Positions 31,325 through 42,555 of a stretch of 64,000 bases of DNA are shown piece after piece. The notes under the pieces are model-generated. The model saw nothing but the letters and a program-made list of their open reading frames with translations. It was not told the DNA's origin and did not search any database. Location: assembly GCA_963725905.1 (NCBI GenBank), contig CAVSAG010000002.1, positions 79,755 to 143,754 of the forward strand. The letters are read 5' to 3'. Position 1 is the stretch's first letter; every line of letters starts with the position of its first letter. Source of the stretch: an uncultured Pseudomonadota bacterium (GTDB lineage: Bacteria; Myxococcota_A; Polyangia; Fen-1088). Made by a program: the position numbers and the translations under genes.

Positions 31325-34001
31325 GGACGAGATCGAACACCTTCGCCAACGCCGCGTCGAGCGCGGCTCCGTCGGAGCCGCCCCCTTGCGCCATGTCCGG
31401 CCGGCCGCCCCCCTTGCCGCCGACGGCCTTGGCCACCTCGCCGACGATCTTGCCGGCGTGGTGCTTGCCGACCAGATCGGGCGACACCGTGGCCACGAGC
31501 GCGATCTTGTCCCCCTCGACGCCGGCGAGGACGATGACGGCCGAGCCGAGCTTGTCGCGCAGCTGATCGGCGACCTCGCGCAGCGCCTTCGGGTCGGCGA
31601 CGTCGGCGCGGGTCGCCAGCACGCGCACGCCGGCGACGTCGCGCGCCTCGGAGAGGAGATCGCGGCCGCCGCCGGAGGCGAGCTTGCGGCGCAGCTTCTC
31701 GAGCTCCTTCTCGAGCGCGCGCTGGTCGGCCTGTAGCTTGGCGATGCGGGCGGCGACCTCGAACTCGCCGGCGCGAAGGAGCCGTCCCGACTCGAGCAGC
31801 TCCGTCTCCATCTTGCGGACGTAGCCGAAGGCGCCCGCGCCGGTGGCGGCCTCGATGCGGCGCACCCCCTGCGCGATGCCGGTCTCCTCGGTGATCTTGA
31901 AGAGGGCGATGTCGCCGGTGCGCGCGACGTGCGTGCCGCCGCAGAACTCCTTCGAATCGCCCATCGTGACGACGCGGACGGTGTCACCGTACTTCTCGCC
32001 GAAGAAGGCGATCGCGCCGGCCTGCCTGGCGTCGGCGATGGCGAGCACGGCGGTGTCGGTGGCGACGTTCTTGCGGACGCGCGCGTTCACCAGATCCTCG
32101 ACCTTCCGCTTCTCCTCGTCGGTGAGCGGCGCCGTGTGCGAGAAGTCGAAGCGCAAGCGATCGGGCGCCACCAGCGAGCCCTTCTGCGTGACGTGGGTGC
32201 CGAGCACGTGGCGGAGCGCCCAGTGCAAGAGGTGCGTCGCGGAGTGGTTGCGGCGGATGTCGTCCCGCCGCTCGACGTCGACGGTGAGCTCGACGGTGTC
32301 GCCGACGCGCAACTCGCCCGATTCGACTTCGGCGAAGTGAACCCAGAGCGTCGAGACCGGCCGCTTGCAGTCGCGCACGGCGAGCTGGGCCTTGGGCGAG
32401 ACGAGTGTCCCGGCATCACCGATCTGGCCGCCCTGTTCGCCGTAGAACGGCGTCTCCGCGACGATGACCGCGACATCCTTTGAAAATGGCCCGACGACAT
32501 CGACCTCTTTGCCGTCCGCGAGCAACGCGACGACCTTCGACGAGGCCGAGGTCTTTTCGTAGCCGAGGAACTTGGTCGGGCCGACGCGGTCGGCGATCTG
32601 CTGGAACACCGCCGCCACCGCGACCTCGCCCGAGCCGTGGAAGTCGCTGCGCCGTCGCTGCTCGTCCATCGCCTTGGCGAACCCCGTCTCGTCGAGCGTG
32701 AAGCGGTGTTGCTCGGCGATCACGCGGGTCAGGTCGAGCGGAAAGCCGTAGGTGTCGTAGAGCATGAACGCCGTCGCGCCGGGGATCTCCTTGGTCGAGC
32801 CGATCGATCCGGCCGATCCACTTTGGGCGAATACCTTCTCGTCGAGCAGGCGCACGCCGCGCTCGAGCGTCTCGCGGAAGCGCGTCTCCTCCTCGCGCGT
32901 GATCTTGGCGATGAGGCTGGCCCGCTCGCCGAGCTCCGGGTAGACGCCGCTCATCGTCTTGACGACGTCGGCCGCCAGACCGTCGAGGAACGGCTCTTTG
33001 ATGCCCAGCAGCCAGCCGTGATAGACGGCGCGCCGCATGATCCGCCGCAGCACGTACTCGCGGCCGGTCTTGTCGGGGAAGACACCGTCGGCGATCAGGA
33101 ACGCCGCCGCGCGCGCGTGGTCGGCGATGGCGCGCAACGAGACGCTCTCCCCTTCGTAGTCGGTGGGGACGAACTTCTTCATCGACAGGTCAGCCACGCG
33201 GTCGATCAGCGGGCGCAGGAGATCTGTCTCGTAGTTGGACCGCACGCCCTGCAGCACCGCGCAGAGGCGCTCGAGGCCCATGCCGGTGTCGACCGACGGC
33301 TTGGGCAGCGGGCGGCGATCGCCGGGGGCCACCTGCTCGAACTGCATGAAGACCAGGTTCCAGATCTCGACCCAGCGGTCGCAGTCGCACGCCGGGCCCA
33401 GACAGTTTCCACCGGCCGCCTCGACGTGGCAGGGGATGTCGTTTCCCTGCAGGTAGTGGATCTCGCTGCAGGGACCGCAGGGGCCGGTTTCGCCCATCGC
33501 CCAGAAGTTGTCCTTGTCGCCGAGCGGGATGATGCGGTCGTCGCCGACGCCGGCGATCTTCTTCCAGAGCACCCGCGCCTCGGCGTCGGACTCGTGGACC
33601 GTGTAGATGAGCCGGTCCGGCTTGATGGCGAACGTCTTGGTCAGAAGCTCGTGCGCGAAGGCGATCGCGTCGGGCTTGAAGTAGTCGCCGAACGAGAAGT
33701 TCCCCAGCATCTCGAAGAAGGTGTGGTGGCGCGCGGTGCGGCCGACGTTGTCCAGATCGTTGTGCTTGCCGCCCGCGCGGACGCACTTCTGGGAGCTGGT
33801 GGCGCGCGAGAAGGTCGTCTTCGCCTTGCCGGTGAAGAAGTCCTTGAACTGGTTCATCCCGGCGTTGGTGAACAGCAGCGTCGGGTCGTTCAGTGGCACC
33901 AGCGAGGCGCTGGGTGTCTCCCGATGCTCGCGCTGGGCGAAGTAGTCGAGAAACGCGCGGCGGGCGTCGAGCGAGGAAGTCGGGACTGACGTTGGGGACA
34001 T
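31317..34001 (-). CDS. alaS: alanine--tRNA ligase
   Basis: Intact 894-aa ORF: FTNAGMNQFKDFF, KCVRAGGKHNDLDNVGRTARHHTFFEMLGNFSFGDYFK, editing-domain HSATHLLH, C-terminal DHHA1-like region. Confidence 0.97.
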   Translation of the reverse strand: MSPTSVPTSSLDARRAFLDYFAQREHRETPSASLVPLNDPTLLFTNAGMNQFKDFFTGKAKTTFSRATSSQKCVRAGGKHNDLDNVGRTARHHTFFEMLGNFSFGDYFKPDAIAFAHELLTKTFAIKPDRLIYTVHESDAEARVLWKKIAGVGDDRIIPLGDKDNFWAMGETGPCGPCSEIHYLQGNDIPCHVEAAGGNCLGPACDCDRWVEIWNLVFMQFEQVAPGDRRPLPKPSVDTGMGLERLCAVLQGVRSNYETDLLRPLIDRVADLSMKKFVPTDYEGESVSLRAIADHARAAAFLIADGVFPDKTGREYVLRRIMRRAVYHGWLLGIKEPFLDGLAADVVKTMSGVYPELGERASLIAKITREEETRFRETLERGVRLLDEKVFAQSGSAGSIGSTKEIPGATAFMLYDTYGFPLDLTRVIAEQHRFTLDETGFAKAMDEQRRRSDFHGSGEVAVAAVFQQIADRVGPTKFLGYEKTSASSKVVALLADGKEVDVVGPFSKDVAVIVAETPFYGEQGGQIGDAGTLVSPKAQLAVRDCKRPVSTLWVHFAEVESGELRVGDTVELTVDVERRDDIRRNHSATHLLHWALRHVLGTHVTQKGSLVAPDRLRFDFSHTAPLTDEEKRKVEDLVNARVRKNVATDTAVLAIADARQAGAIAFFGEKYGDTVRVVTMGDSKEFCGGTHVARTGDIALFKITEETGIAQGVRRIEAATGAGAFGYVRKMETELLESGRLLRAGEFEVAARIAKLQADQRALEKELEKLRRKLASGGGRDLLSEARDVAGVRVLATRADVADPKALREVADQLRDKLGSAVIVLAGVEGDKIALVATVSPDLVGKHHAGKIVGEVAKAVGGKGGGRPDMAQGGGSDGAALDAALAKVFDLVRG

Positions 34002-34071
34002 GGACGGAGGCGAAGACTAGGAGGGCGTTGCCGTAAAGGCAACGGTGAGCGAAGCGAACCAAGCCCGACGA

Positions 34072-34091
34072 CGTGCCGCCCGATAGGCGGC
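34072..34091 (-). terminator. hairpin immediately after the pilT-like stop
   Basis: gccgcc/cgata/ggcggc (34075-34091): a 6-bp GC stem next to the stop at 34092-34094. A second hairpin cgttgcc/gtaaa/ggcaacg lies at 34026-34044, upstream of the alaS start. Confidence 0.35.
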
Positions 34092-35137
34092 CTAGTCGCC
34101 CGCGGCTTCGTCCTCAACACCGTCGCGCATTTCGCTCCCCCGGCGGCGGCGCGGCGGCTCGGCCGGCGGTTCGAACGCCACGCTCCCGGGGAGCTCGACG
34201 CGGGCGAGCGGTGCGGCCTCGTCGCCGAGGCGGGCCCGCGTCTCGTCCGTGACGCGTAGGAGCGTCCCGGTCGGCCGGCGTCGGTTTCCCGGCACGGCGA
34301 CCAGCCTCTGGAACAGCAGACCCCGCAGTGCCGCCGCCAGGCGCGCGCGCGGCAGGCGCGCCCCCTCGTCGGTGGCCGCCCCGGTCAGCCGCTCGATTGC
34401 CTGCGCGGCGCTTCCGGCCGTCACGCCGGCCAGCACGAGTCGGCCGTTCTCGGCGGCCTCCACCGCCAGGCCGGCGACCTCCGGGTCGCCGATGTCGCTC
34501 ACCACGAGGACGTCGACGTCCTGCCGGCCGACCGCCCGCAGCGCCGCCGCCGTCGACGGAATGTCGGTGCCGACCTCGCGCTGAACGACCACCCCCTCCC
34601 AGTCGCGCAGCAGGTACTCGACCGGCTCCTCGACGGTCAGCACCCGGCAGGTGCGCCGCTGGAGCAGGTCCTCGACCAGCGAGGCGAGGGTGGTCGTCTT
34701 GCCGTTTCCCGGGCCGCCGGCCACGACGGCCAGGCCCGCGCCAATCCGGTCAAAGGATCGGTCAGCGCGCGCGTCTCGTCCGGCAGCCCCAGCTTGTCGA
34801 ACGCCGGGACCTCGGGCGGGATGAGCCGCAGGGAGAGGCTGACGCCGCCCCGGTGGTGAAAAATGTGGGCGCGCAGGCGGCCGCCGTTGCTGGTCGCCAT
34901 GGCGACCACCACGTCGCCGGTCCGCTCGAGGGTCTCGCGCCGCCGGTCGTTGAGCAGCGACATCCCCAGGCTGTGCAGAAACTCGCGCGAGAGCGCCGGG
35001 AGGGGATGGGGGCCGACGCTCAGCCGCCGCAGCTCGCCGGCTATCCGCAAAACGGGCGCCATCCCTGGTTTGAGGTGCACGTCCGAGGCGCCCAGACGGC
35101 GCGCCTCGAGGAGCGCTCTGTCGAAGAAGGAGTCCAT
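34092..35137 (-). CDS. PilT/PilU-like secretion ATPase paralogue with divergent catalytic motifs, frame broken once
   Basis: N-terminus MDSFFDRALLEARRLGASDVHLKPGMAPVLRIAGEL (PilT-like). Walker A GGPGNGKTTT. Asp box VEEPVEYLL. The Walker B region reads DVLVVSDIGD and the His-box position reads GRLVLAGVTA, with no His. The frame changes at ~34752-34757 (looks like a deletion). Confidence 0.7.
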
Positions 35138-35189
35138 GTCGGCGGCCCTTGCGATCCCCAAGCTCTGTCAAGAGTACCAGCTCGTGAGG

Positions 35190-35214
35190 CCTGGAACCCA
35201 TCGGGGGTTCCAGG
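35190..35214. promoter_or_regulatory. 10-bp perfect inverted repeat in a divergent intergenic region
   Basis: cctggaaccc atcgg gggttccagg, located 17 nt upstream of the response-regulator start. Confidence 0.35.
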
Positions 35215-35230
35215 TTAAGTTCAGCACAAC

Positions 35231-36271
35231 GTGGCCAATCAACCCGCCGCCGCCGGGCAAGAGGTCCTGGTCGTCGACGCCGACGAGCAGGTCATCAAGG
35301 GGCTCGACCGGCTGCTGACCAAGGTCGGGTTGATCGTGACCGGCACCCACGACCCGGTGCGGGCGCGCGACCAGCTCTTGAACAAGTTCTACGCGGTCGC
35401 GGTGGTCGACGCCGACACGCCGACGCCGGGCGGGGGGATCGAGCTCCTGCAGTTCGCCCGCGACAAGTCGCCGCTGACCTCGGTGGTCATCATGACCGCC
35501 CGCAAGTCGTACGAGACGGCGGTCAAGGCGTTCCGGGCGGGAGCGGCCGACGTCGTTCTCAAGGAGCCGGACGTGGTCCCTTACCTGCGCGAGCGGGTGA
35601 TCGAGGCGGCCGGCGACATCAAGGCGACGGCCGATCGCAACAGCCTGCTGGAAGAGGTGGCCGAGACGCACGAGGAGTTCCTGCGCAAGCTGCGCGAGGT
35701 CTCGCACGAGCTGCTCGACCTCGAGGATCGGCTCTCCGGCCGGAGGGACGACGACGCCGCGGCCTCGGCGACGGCCAGCGTCGTGGTGGTGGACGACGAC
35801 CCCGAGGCGATCGCCAAGCTGGAGAAGGTACTGACGGCGGCCCACGGATGGCAGTTCCGGGCGGCGCTGAGCGGCGGCGAGGCGCTGGACGTCGTCACCC
35901 AGACGCGCCCGCAGATCGTCATCGTGAAGGAGGACCTGCCCGACCTTCCGGGGAGCATGGTGGTCACCACCGTCAAGGCGAGCGCGCCGGATGTCCTGAC
36001 GATCCTGTACACGCCGCCCGGCAAGAGCGGGCGTGCCGGCGAGGTCAAGCTGATCGACGCCGGTCGGGCGATGAGCCTGCTCAGCAGCTACTCTGACCCG
36101 GGTCAGCTGGTGGCGCCGCTCACCGAGATCCGCGAGGCGCTCAAGCAGAAGTCACACGAGCGCCGCTACCTGCAGGCGTTCCGCCAGAAGCACTTCGAGT
36201 TCCTGCAGCGCTACAACGGTCTCAAGGTCAGGCTCAAGGAGGAGCTCGACCGACGCAAGAAGAACCGGTGA
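35231..36271 (+). CDS. response regulator with two receiver domains and a C-terminal coiled-coil-like tail
   Basis: REC1: VLVVDADEQ...AVAVVDADTP...VVIMTAR...VVLKEP, with canonical D/D/T/K positions. REC2: VVVVDDDPEA...QIVIVKEDLPDLPG..., which is atypical around the acceptor position. No output domain was recognised. Confidence 0.8.
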   Translation: MANQPAAAGQEVLVVDADEQVIKGLDRLLTKVGLIVTGTHDPVRARDQLLNKFYAVAVVDADTPTPGGGIELLQFARDKSPLTSVVIMTARKSYETAVKAFRAGAADVVLKEPDVVPYLRERVIEAAGDIKATADRNSLLEEVAETHEEFLRKLREVSHELLDLEDRLSGRRDDDAAASATASVVVVDDDPEAIAKLEKVLTAAHGWQFRAALSGGEALDVVTQTRPQIVIVKEDLPDLPGSMVVTTVKASAPDVLTILYTPPGKSGRAGEVKLIDAGRAMSLLSSYSDPGQLVAPLTEIREALKQKSHERRYLQAFRQKHFEFLQRYNGLKVRLKEELDRRKKNR

Positions 36272-36289
36272 AAAACCGGTGAAGAAGCG

Positions 36290-36823
36290 CTAGGTCTCCA
36301 GCGCGCAGATCCCGGGCAAATTGCGATAGAGCTGCCGGCCGTCGAGGCCGTAGCCGACCACGAAGGCATCGGGCGCCGGGAAGCCGAAGAAGTCGAGCGG
36401 GGCGCTCGGGTCTTGGTACGACGGCTTGGCCAGGAGCGCGCAGACGTGGACGCTGCTCGGTCCCCGCGCGCGGAGGAGATCGAGCAGGTAGCGGAGGGTC
36501 AGGCCGGTGTCGACGATGTCCTCGACCAGCAGCACGTGGCGGCCAGCAATCGGCGCCTGCAGGTCGCTGGTGATCTGGACGACGCCCGACGAGACGGTGG
36601 CGTCGCCGTAGCTGCGGACCCCGAGGAAGTCGCAGGTCAGGTCGCGCGGGATGGCGCGGACCAGGTCGGCCATGAAGACGAAGGCCCCCCGCAGCACCCC
36701 GACCACGGTCAGCGGCCCTGGTGGCAGGCGGGCGTCAATCTCCGCCCCCAGCTCGGCGACCCGCCTGGCGATCTGGGCGGCGGAGATGAGCTCCCTCGGC
36801 GGTGATGTCGGCACGCCCCCCAC
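36290..36823 (-). CDS. hpt: hypoxanthine phosphoribosyltransferase
   Basis: VGVLRGAFVFMADL and the PRPP motif VLLVEDIVDTGLTL, then VVGYGLD. The ORF extends to 36922, but a GTG at 36823 (or 36814) gives the usual ~175-aa length. Confidence 0.85.
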   Translation of the reverse strand: MGGVPTSPPRELISAAQIARRVAELGAEIDARLPPGPLTVVGVLRGAFVFMADLVRAIPRDLTCDFLGVRSYGDATVSSGVVQITSDLQAPIAGRHVLLVEDIVDTGLTLRYLLDLLRARGPSSVHVCALLAKPSYQDPSAPLDFFGFPAPDAFVVGYGLDGRQLYRNLPGICALET

Positions 36824-36963
36824 GGTGCCCGACCGCGGGCCCCCTTGTAAACGGTCAAGGTCAACCCGGGGCCGAACCCATCCGATGGGGCATGCGATGG
36901 GATATCCCTTGGAACCTGGCACCTCCCGGCGTTGTCCCTAAGACTGACGAGGGGGCTCCCGAG

Positions 36964-38260
36964 ATGACGAGACGACTCTGGGTTCTGCCGCTGGCGCTGC
37001 TCGGCGCCTGCGCCGGGAAGGCGAAGAACGACGTCACCGTGGTGCCGCCGGGGGCGCAGGTCGAGCAGATCGAGATGGATCCTATCAAGATCGCCGCCGT
37101 GAAGGGGCCGGACGGGACGCACCTCGAGACCTACGATGTCACCGAGCTGTTCGAGCGGGCGGGGGCGGCGTTGTCGGCCAAGCGGCCAGCCGACGCCGCG
37201 CGCGACTACGACCAGCTGCTGAAGGAATTCCCCGACACCCGCTTCACGAAGGCCGCGCTTTACAACGCCGGTCTGGCGTACGAGGCGGTCAAGGACTGGC
37301 AGACGGCGATCGCGCGCTTCAGCAAGCTGGCCAACGAGCACGCCGACAGCTCCGACGCCAAGGACGCGCTCTTCCAGATCGGGGCCTGCTACGCCGAGCT
37401 CGCCAACTGGCCGACCTCGGCGACGACCTTCGCCCAGATCCTCGAGCGGAAGGACCTGAACGCGGACGACAAGATCGAGGCGATGGGCCGGCGCGGCTAC
37501 GCGCAATTCCAGCTCAAGGACCTCGACACCGCCGAGCGGACCTTCCAGTCGGCGGTCTACTACTTCAACAGCATCGCCAGCGAGGAACGGCTGGAGACCG
37601 ACTTCTACATGGGCCTCGTCCGCTACCAGCTGGGGGAGATCACGCACGAGCGCTTCCGGGCGATTCAGCTGCGGCTGCCCGAGAAGGCGTCGATCGAGAC
37701 CGTCGACAAGAAGGCTCTCGGGGTGCTGAACGACAAGGCCAAGCTGCTGCTCGCGGCCCAGCGCCAGTACATCGAGACGATCAAGCTCGGCAACCCGCAG
37801 TGGGCGTCGGCGGCCGGCTACCAGATCGGGTCGCTCTACGAGGAGCTCTACGACGCGTTCGTTCACGCGCCCATCCCCGACGAGCTGCAGGGGGAGACCA
37901 ACCGCGAGAAACGCGACGTCTACTACGAGGAGCTGCGCAAGGAGATCCGGATCCTGCTCGAGAAGTCGATCCGCACGCACGAGCAGAACCTCCTGATGCT
38001 GGAGCGGCTCGGGGTGCAGAACGAATGGCGCGACAAGTCCAAGCTCGCCTTCGCCAAGCTGCAGAAGATGCTCGATCCGACCTACAAGCTGGAGTTCGCC
38101 GACCCGGCGTCGGCCGGCAGCGACGACGCCCGCGCCGCCGCCCCCGCCCGCGCCGACCCCGCCGACGGGGCGCGGCGGCGCGCCCGAGCAGGGGCCCTCG
38201 GTTCGCGACCCCAAGGACCAGGCTGCGCCGGTCACGGGGCCAGAGCGCCAGATTCTCTAG
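36964..38260 (+). CDS. TPR-like lipoprotein (BamD/YbgF-like architecture), frame broken near the 3' end
   Basis: MTRRLWVLPLALLGACAG lipobox, followed by TPR-like helices. As given, the ORF reads through into the tRNA genes. Shifting +1 at ~38105-38150 gives ...PPPAPTPPTGRGGAPEQGPSVRDPKDQAAPVTGPERQIL and a stop at 38258-38260. Confidence 0.6.
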
Positions 38261-38331
38261 GGAAACTGGCAGACCGACGCGACGAGTCAGCCGGCGCCTG
38301 GCAAGAAGCTCGCCAGCCGGCTCATTGTCGC

Positions 38332-38360
38332 TTGACAGCGTGGCGTGATCGAACTATACG
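38332..38360 (+). promoter_or_regulatory. sigma70-like promoter for the tRNA-tuf operon
   Basis: TTGACA (38332-38337), a 17-nt spacer, TATACG (38355-38360). About 100 nt upstream of the first tRNA. Confidence 0.5.
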
Positions 38361-38458
38361 TTCGCGCTCTGCGCGCCGGCCTGGGATAGCTATGTCGATG
38401 CGTGAACAAAGTCAAACTCATCAGAATCACACGACAATGGACAGGGACAGATTCCGGC

Positions 38459-38530
38459 GCTGGCGTAGCTCAATGGTAGAGCAGCTGATTTGTAATCAGC
38501 AGGTTGCGGGTTCGAGTCCCATCGCCAGCT
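38459..38530 (+). tRNA. tRNA-Thr (anticodon TGT)
   Basis: Acceptor gctggcg/cgccagc, D arm gctc-aatggta-gagc, anticodon arm gctga-tttgtaa-tcagc, T loop ttcgagt. One C-A mismatch in the T stem (gcggg/cccat). CCA is not encoded. Confidence 0.85.
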
Positions 38531-38543
38531 CCGCTGAAGCTTC

Positions 38544-38625
38544 GGACGGGTTCCCGAGTGGCCAAAGGGAACAGACTGTAAATCTGTCGTCTCTGACTTC
38601 GAAGGTTCGAATCCTTCCCCGTCCA
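38544..38625 (+). tRNA. tRNA-Tyr (anticodon GTA)
   Basis: Acceptor ggacggg/cccgtcc, anticodon arm acaga-ctgtaaa-tctgt, long variable arm, T arm gaagg-ttcgaat-ccttc. Confidence 0.9.
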
Positions 38626-38688
38626 CCCCGAGACAGTCGAAACAGCAGAGATCGAAAGCGTTGGATGGAGACGGCGAATCGGACACAC

Positions 38689-38761
<73 letters not shown>

Positions 38762-38763
38762 CC

Positions 38764-38836
38764 GCCCACGTAGCTCAGTTGGCAGAGCACGTCCTTGGTA
38801 AGGACGAGGTCACCCGTTCAATCCGGGTCGTGGGCT
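38764..38836 (+). tRNA. tRNA-Thr (anticodon GGT)
   Basis: Acceptor gcccacg/cgtgggc, anticodon arm cgtcc-ttggtaa-ggacg, T arm acccg-ttcaatc-cgggt. It starts 2 nt after tRNA-Gly. Confidence 0.9.
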
Positions 38837-38863
38837 CAGGGCAAGGTTAAGAAAAAGGACGAC

Positions 38864-40089
<1,226 letters not shown>

Positions 40090-40115
40090 GGAAGCCAGAA
40101 ACCGCGAGAAGGACC

Positions 40116-40274
40116 ATGGCAGCCCAACGCGTCATCATCACCCTCGAATGCACTGACTGTCGGGAGCGCAATTACTCCACGACGAAGAACAAGCGCGCCA
40201 ACGCCGAGAAGCTGGAGCTGTCCAAGTTCTGCTCGCGTTGCCGCAAACACACCAACCACAAAGAAACCAAGTAG
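40116..40274 (+). CDS. rpmG: 50S ribosomal protein L33
   Basis: Translated by hand because it is below the ORF-track size cutoff: [52 protein letters not shown]. Typical L33 with a CxxC...CxxC pattern. Confidence 0.9.
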   Translation: MAAQRVIITLECTDCRERNYSTTKNKRANAEKLELSKFCSRCRKHTNHKETK

Positions 40275-40303
40275 AGGTAACGCAAGTAACGGCAGGACCT
40301 TCT

Positions 40304-40376
40304 AGGGCAGTAGCTCTAATGGTAGAGCAGCGGTCTCCAAATCCGCGGGTTGGGGGTTCGAGTCCCTCCTGCCCTG
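40304..40376 (+). tRNA. tRNA-Trp (anticodon CCA)
   Basis: Acceptor agggcag/ctgccct, D arm gctc-taatggta-gagc, anticodon loop ctccaaa, T arm ggggg-ttcgagt-ccctc. There is a T-T mismatch at the bottom of the anticodon stem. Confidence 0.88.
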
Positions 40377-40421
40377 CCGCCAGCCAAAGCCCAGACCAGA
40401 CAACGAGACGATCAGATCATC

Positions 40422-40779
40422 ATGGGACCCAACAAATTCGTACATCTGACCTTCGCGCTCGGCGCCCTTCTGGCGGCGTTCGTGCTGTCGCGCGCGATGG
40501 ACTGGGCCTGGAGCTACTTCGCCAAGCCCAACGACCTGGTCGTCAACGGCTTCGCCATTCTGGTCGCTGGCGCCGCCGCGGTCGTGACCTACCGCAACGA
40601 AAAGGTCTACGCGTCAGGTCGTCGACATCACCCGCGAGCTGGAGAAGGTCACCTGGCCCACCCGAAAGGAAACGTCGGCAGCGACCATCGTCGTCATCGT
40701 GACGGTGGTGATCGCGGCCCTCATCTTGAGCAGCTTCGATGCACTCTGGTCATTCTTCACAAACTGGTTCCTCCGCTAA
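40422..40779 (+). CDS. secE: preprotein translocase subunit SecE, frame broken once
   Basis: MGPNKFVHLTFALGALLAAFVLS...YRNEKVYA, then in the next frame QVVDITRELEKVTWPTRKETSAATIVVIVTVVIAALILSSFDALWSFFTNWFLR. Extra base at ~40613. Confidence 0.88.
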
Positions 40780-40798
40780 TCGAGTCGAGGGCTCCCTC

Positions 40799-41327
40799 AT
40801 GCCGATGAAGTGGTACGTCGTACACACCTATTCGGGCCACGAGAACAAGGCCAAGCTCTCGCTGCTCGATCGCGTCCGCCAGGCGGCGCTGACTGCAGAA
40901 GTTCGGGGACATCCTCATCCCGACCGACACCGTCGTCGAGCTGGTGAAGGGACAGAAGCGCTCGACCACGCGCAAGTTCTTCCCCGGCTACATGTTCGTC
41001 CAGATGGATCTCGACCAGGAGACGTTCCACCTGGTCAAGAACACCCCGAAGATCACCGGGTTCCTGGGCGGCACCAACCCGCAGCCCGTCAAGGAGACGG
41101 AGATCCAGAACATCAACGTCGCCATGACCGAGGGCGCCACCCGCCCCAAGCCGCGCGTCTCGTTCGAGATGAACGAGACGGTGCGCGTGATCGACGGCCC
41201 GTTCGCCAACTTCACGGGCACGGTCGTCGAGGTGAAGGCCGAGAAGCAGAAGATCCGCGTCAACGTCTCCATCTTCGGCCGCGCCACGCCGGTCGAGCTG
41301 GACTTCGCTCAAGTCGAAAAGTCGTAA
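40799..41327 (+). CDS. nusG: transcription termination/antitermination factor NusG, frame broken once
   Basis: [22 protein letters not shown]..., then [36 protein letters not shown] and the KOW region [13 protein letters not shown]. Removing c at 40896 restores LTEKFGD; an in-frame TGA at 40890-40892 bounds the switch. Confidence 0.92.
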
Positions 41328-41339
41328 GGGGCCCGCTCA

Positions 41340-41789
41340 ATGAAGAAGGTATCCGGTTTCATCAAGCTCCAGGTTCCCGCCGGGAAAGCCAACCCGTCGC
41401 CGCCCATCGGGCCGGCGCTGGGTCAGCACGGCGTCAACATCATGGAGTTCTGCAAGCAGTTCAACGCCCGCACGCAGGCGCAGGCGAAGGACGACGTCAC
41501 CATCCCGGTGGAGATAACGGTCTATTCTGACCGGTCGTTCACCTTCATCACCAAGACGCCGCCGGCGCCGATCCTGATCAAGAAGGCGGCGGGGCTGGCG
41601 ACGCAGAAGAAGCCGGGCTCGGGCTCCAAGGAGCCGAACAAGGTCAAGGTTGGCAAGATCTCCGCAAAGCAGCTGCGGGACATCGCCACCATGAAGATGC
41701 CGGACCTCAACACCACCGACGTCGAATCGGCGATGCGCACCATCGCCGGCACGGCGCGATCCATGGGTATCGAGGTGGAAGGCCGATAA
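41340..41789 (+). CDS. rplK: 50S ribosomal protein L11
   Basis: Intact 149-aa ORF: [34 protein letters not shown]. Confidence 0.97.
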   Translation: MKKVSGFIKLQVPAGKANPSPPIGPALGQHGVNIMEFCKQFNARTQAQAKDDVTIPVEITVYSDRSFTFITKTPPAPILIKKAAGLATQKKPGSGSKEPNKVKVGKISAKQLRDIATMKMPDLNTTDVESAMRTIAGTARSMGIEVEGR

Positions 41790-41819
41790 GGCCGCCAGTA
41801 GGTCCCGAGGAAACAAGAA

Positions 41820-42534
41820 ATGCCCAAGCACGGAAAGAAGTTCAGAAACGCCGCGGCCAAGGTCGAGCGGGGGAAGCGCTACCCGATCGACGAGGCCTGC
41901 AAGCTCCTGCCCGATACGAAGGTCGCCAAGTTCGACGAGAGCGTCGACATCGCCGTCCGCCTGGGCGTCGATCCCAAGCACGCCGACCAGATGGTCCGCG
42001 GCGCGGTCGTGCTGCCGCACGGCACCGGCAAGAGCCTGCGCGTCGTCGTCGATCGCCAAGGGCGACAAGGCGAACGAGGCCAGGGCCGCCGGCGCCGACG
42101 CCGTGGGCGCCGAGGACCTGGTCGAGAAGATCCAGAAGGAGAACTGGACCGACTTCGACTCGATGGTCGCCACGCCGGACGTGATGGGTCTGGTCGGCCG
42201 CCTCGGCCGCGTGCTCGGTCCCAAGGGCCTGATGCCGAACCCCAAGGTCGGGACGGTTACCAATGATGTGGCCAAGGCGGTCCGCGAGCTCAAGGCCGGC
42301 CGCGTCGAGTTCCGCGTCGAGAAGGCGGGCGTCGTCCAGGCCCGCATCGGCAAGGCGTCGTTCGGCGGCGAGAAGCTGCGCGACAACGCCCGCGCCATGA
42401 TCGACACCCTGCTGCGCCTCAAGCCGGCGACGGCCAAGGGGACCTACATGAGGTCGGTGACGATCTCCACCACGATGGGGCCGGGGATCAGGATCGACCA
42501 CCTGCCGCTGGTCGCCGAGTTCGAGACCAAGTAA
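41820..42534 (+). CDS. rplA: 50S ribosomal protein L1, frame broken once
   Basis: [16 protein letters not shown]...[15 protein letters not shown], then [27 protein letters not shown]...[12 protein letters not shown]. Extra g at ~42051. Confidence 0.93.
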
Positions 42535-42555
42535 GTAGAAAATCGAGCAAGGACC

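Noticed and set aside
35190-35214. A sigma54 (-24/-12) promoter at the inverted repeat.
   Set aside because: It contains TGGAAC but lacks the GG-N10-GC spacing and the TTGC element. The dyad symmetry fits an operator or hairpin better.
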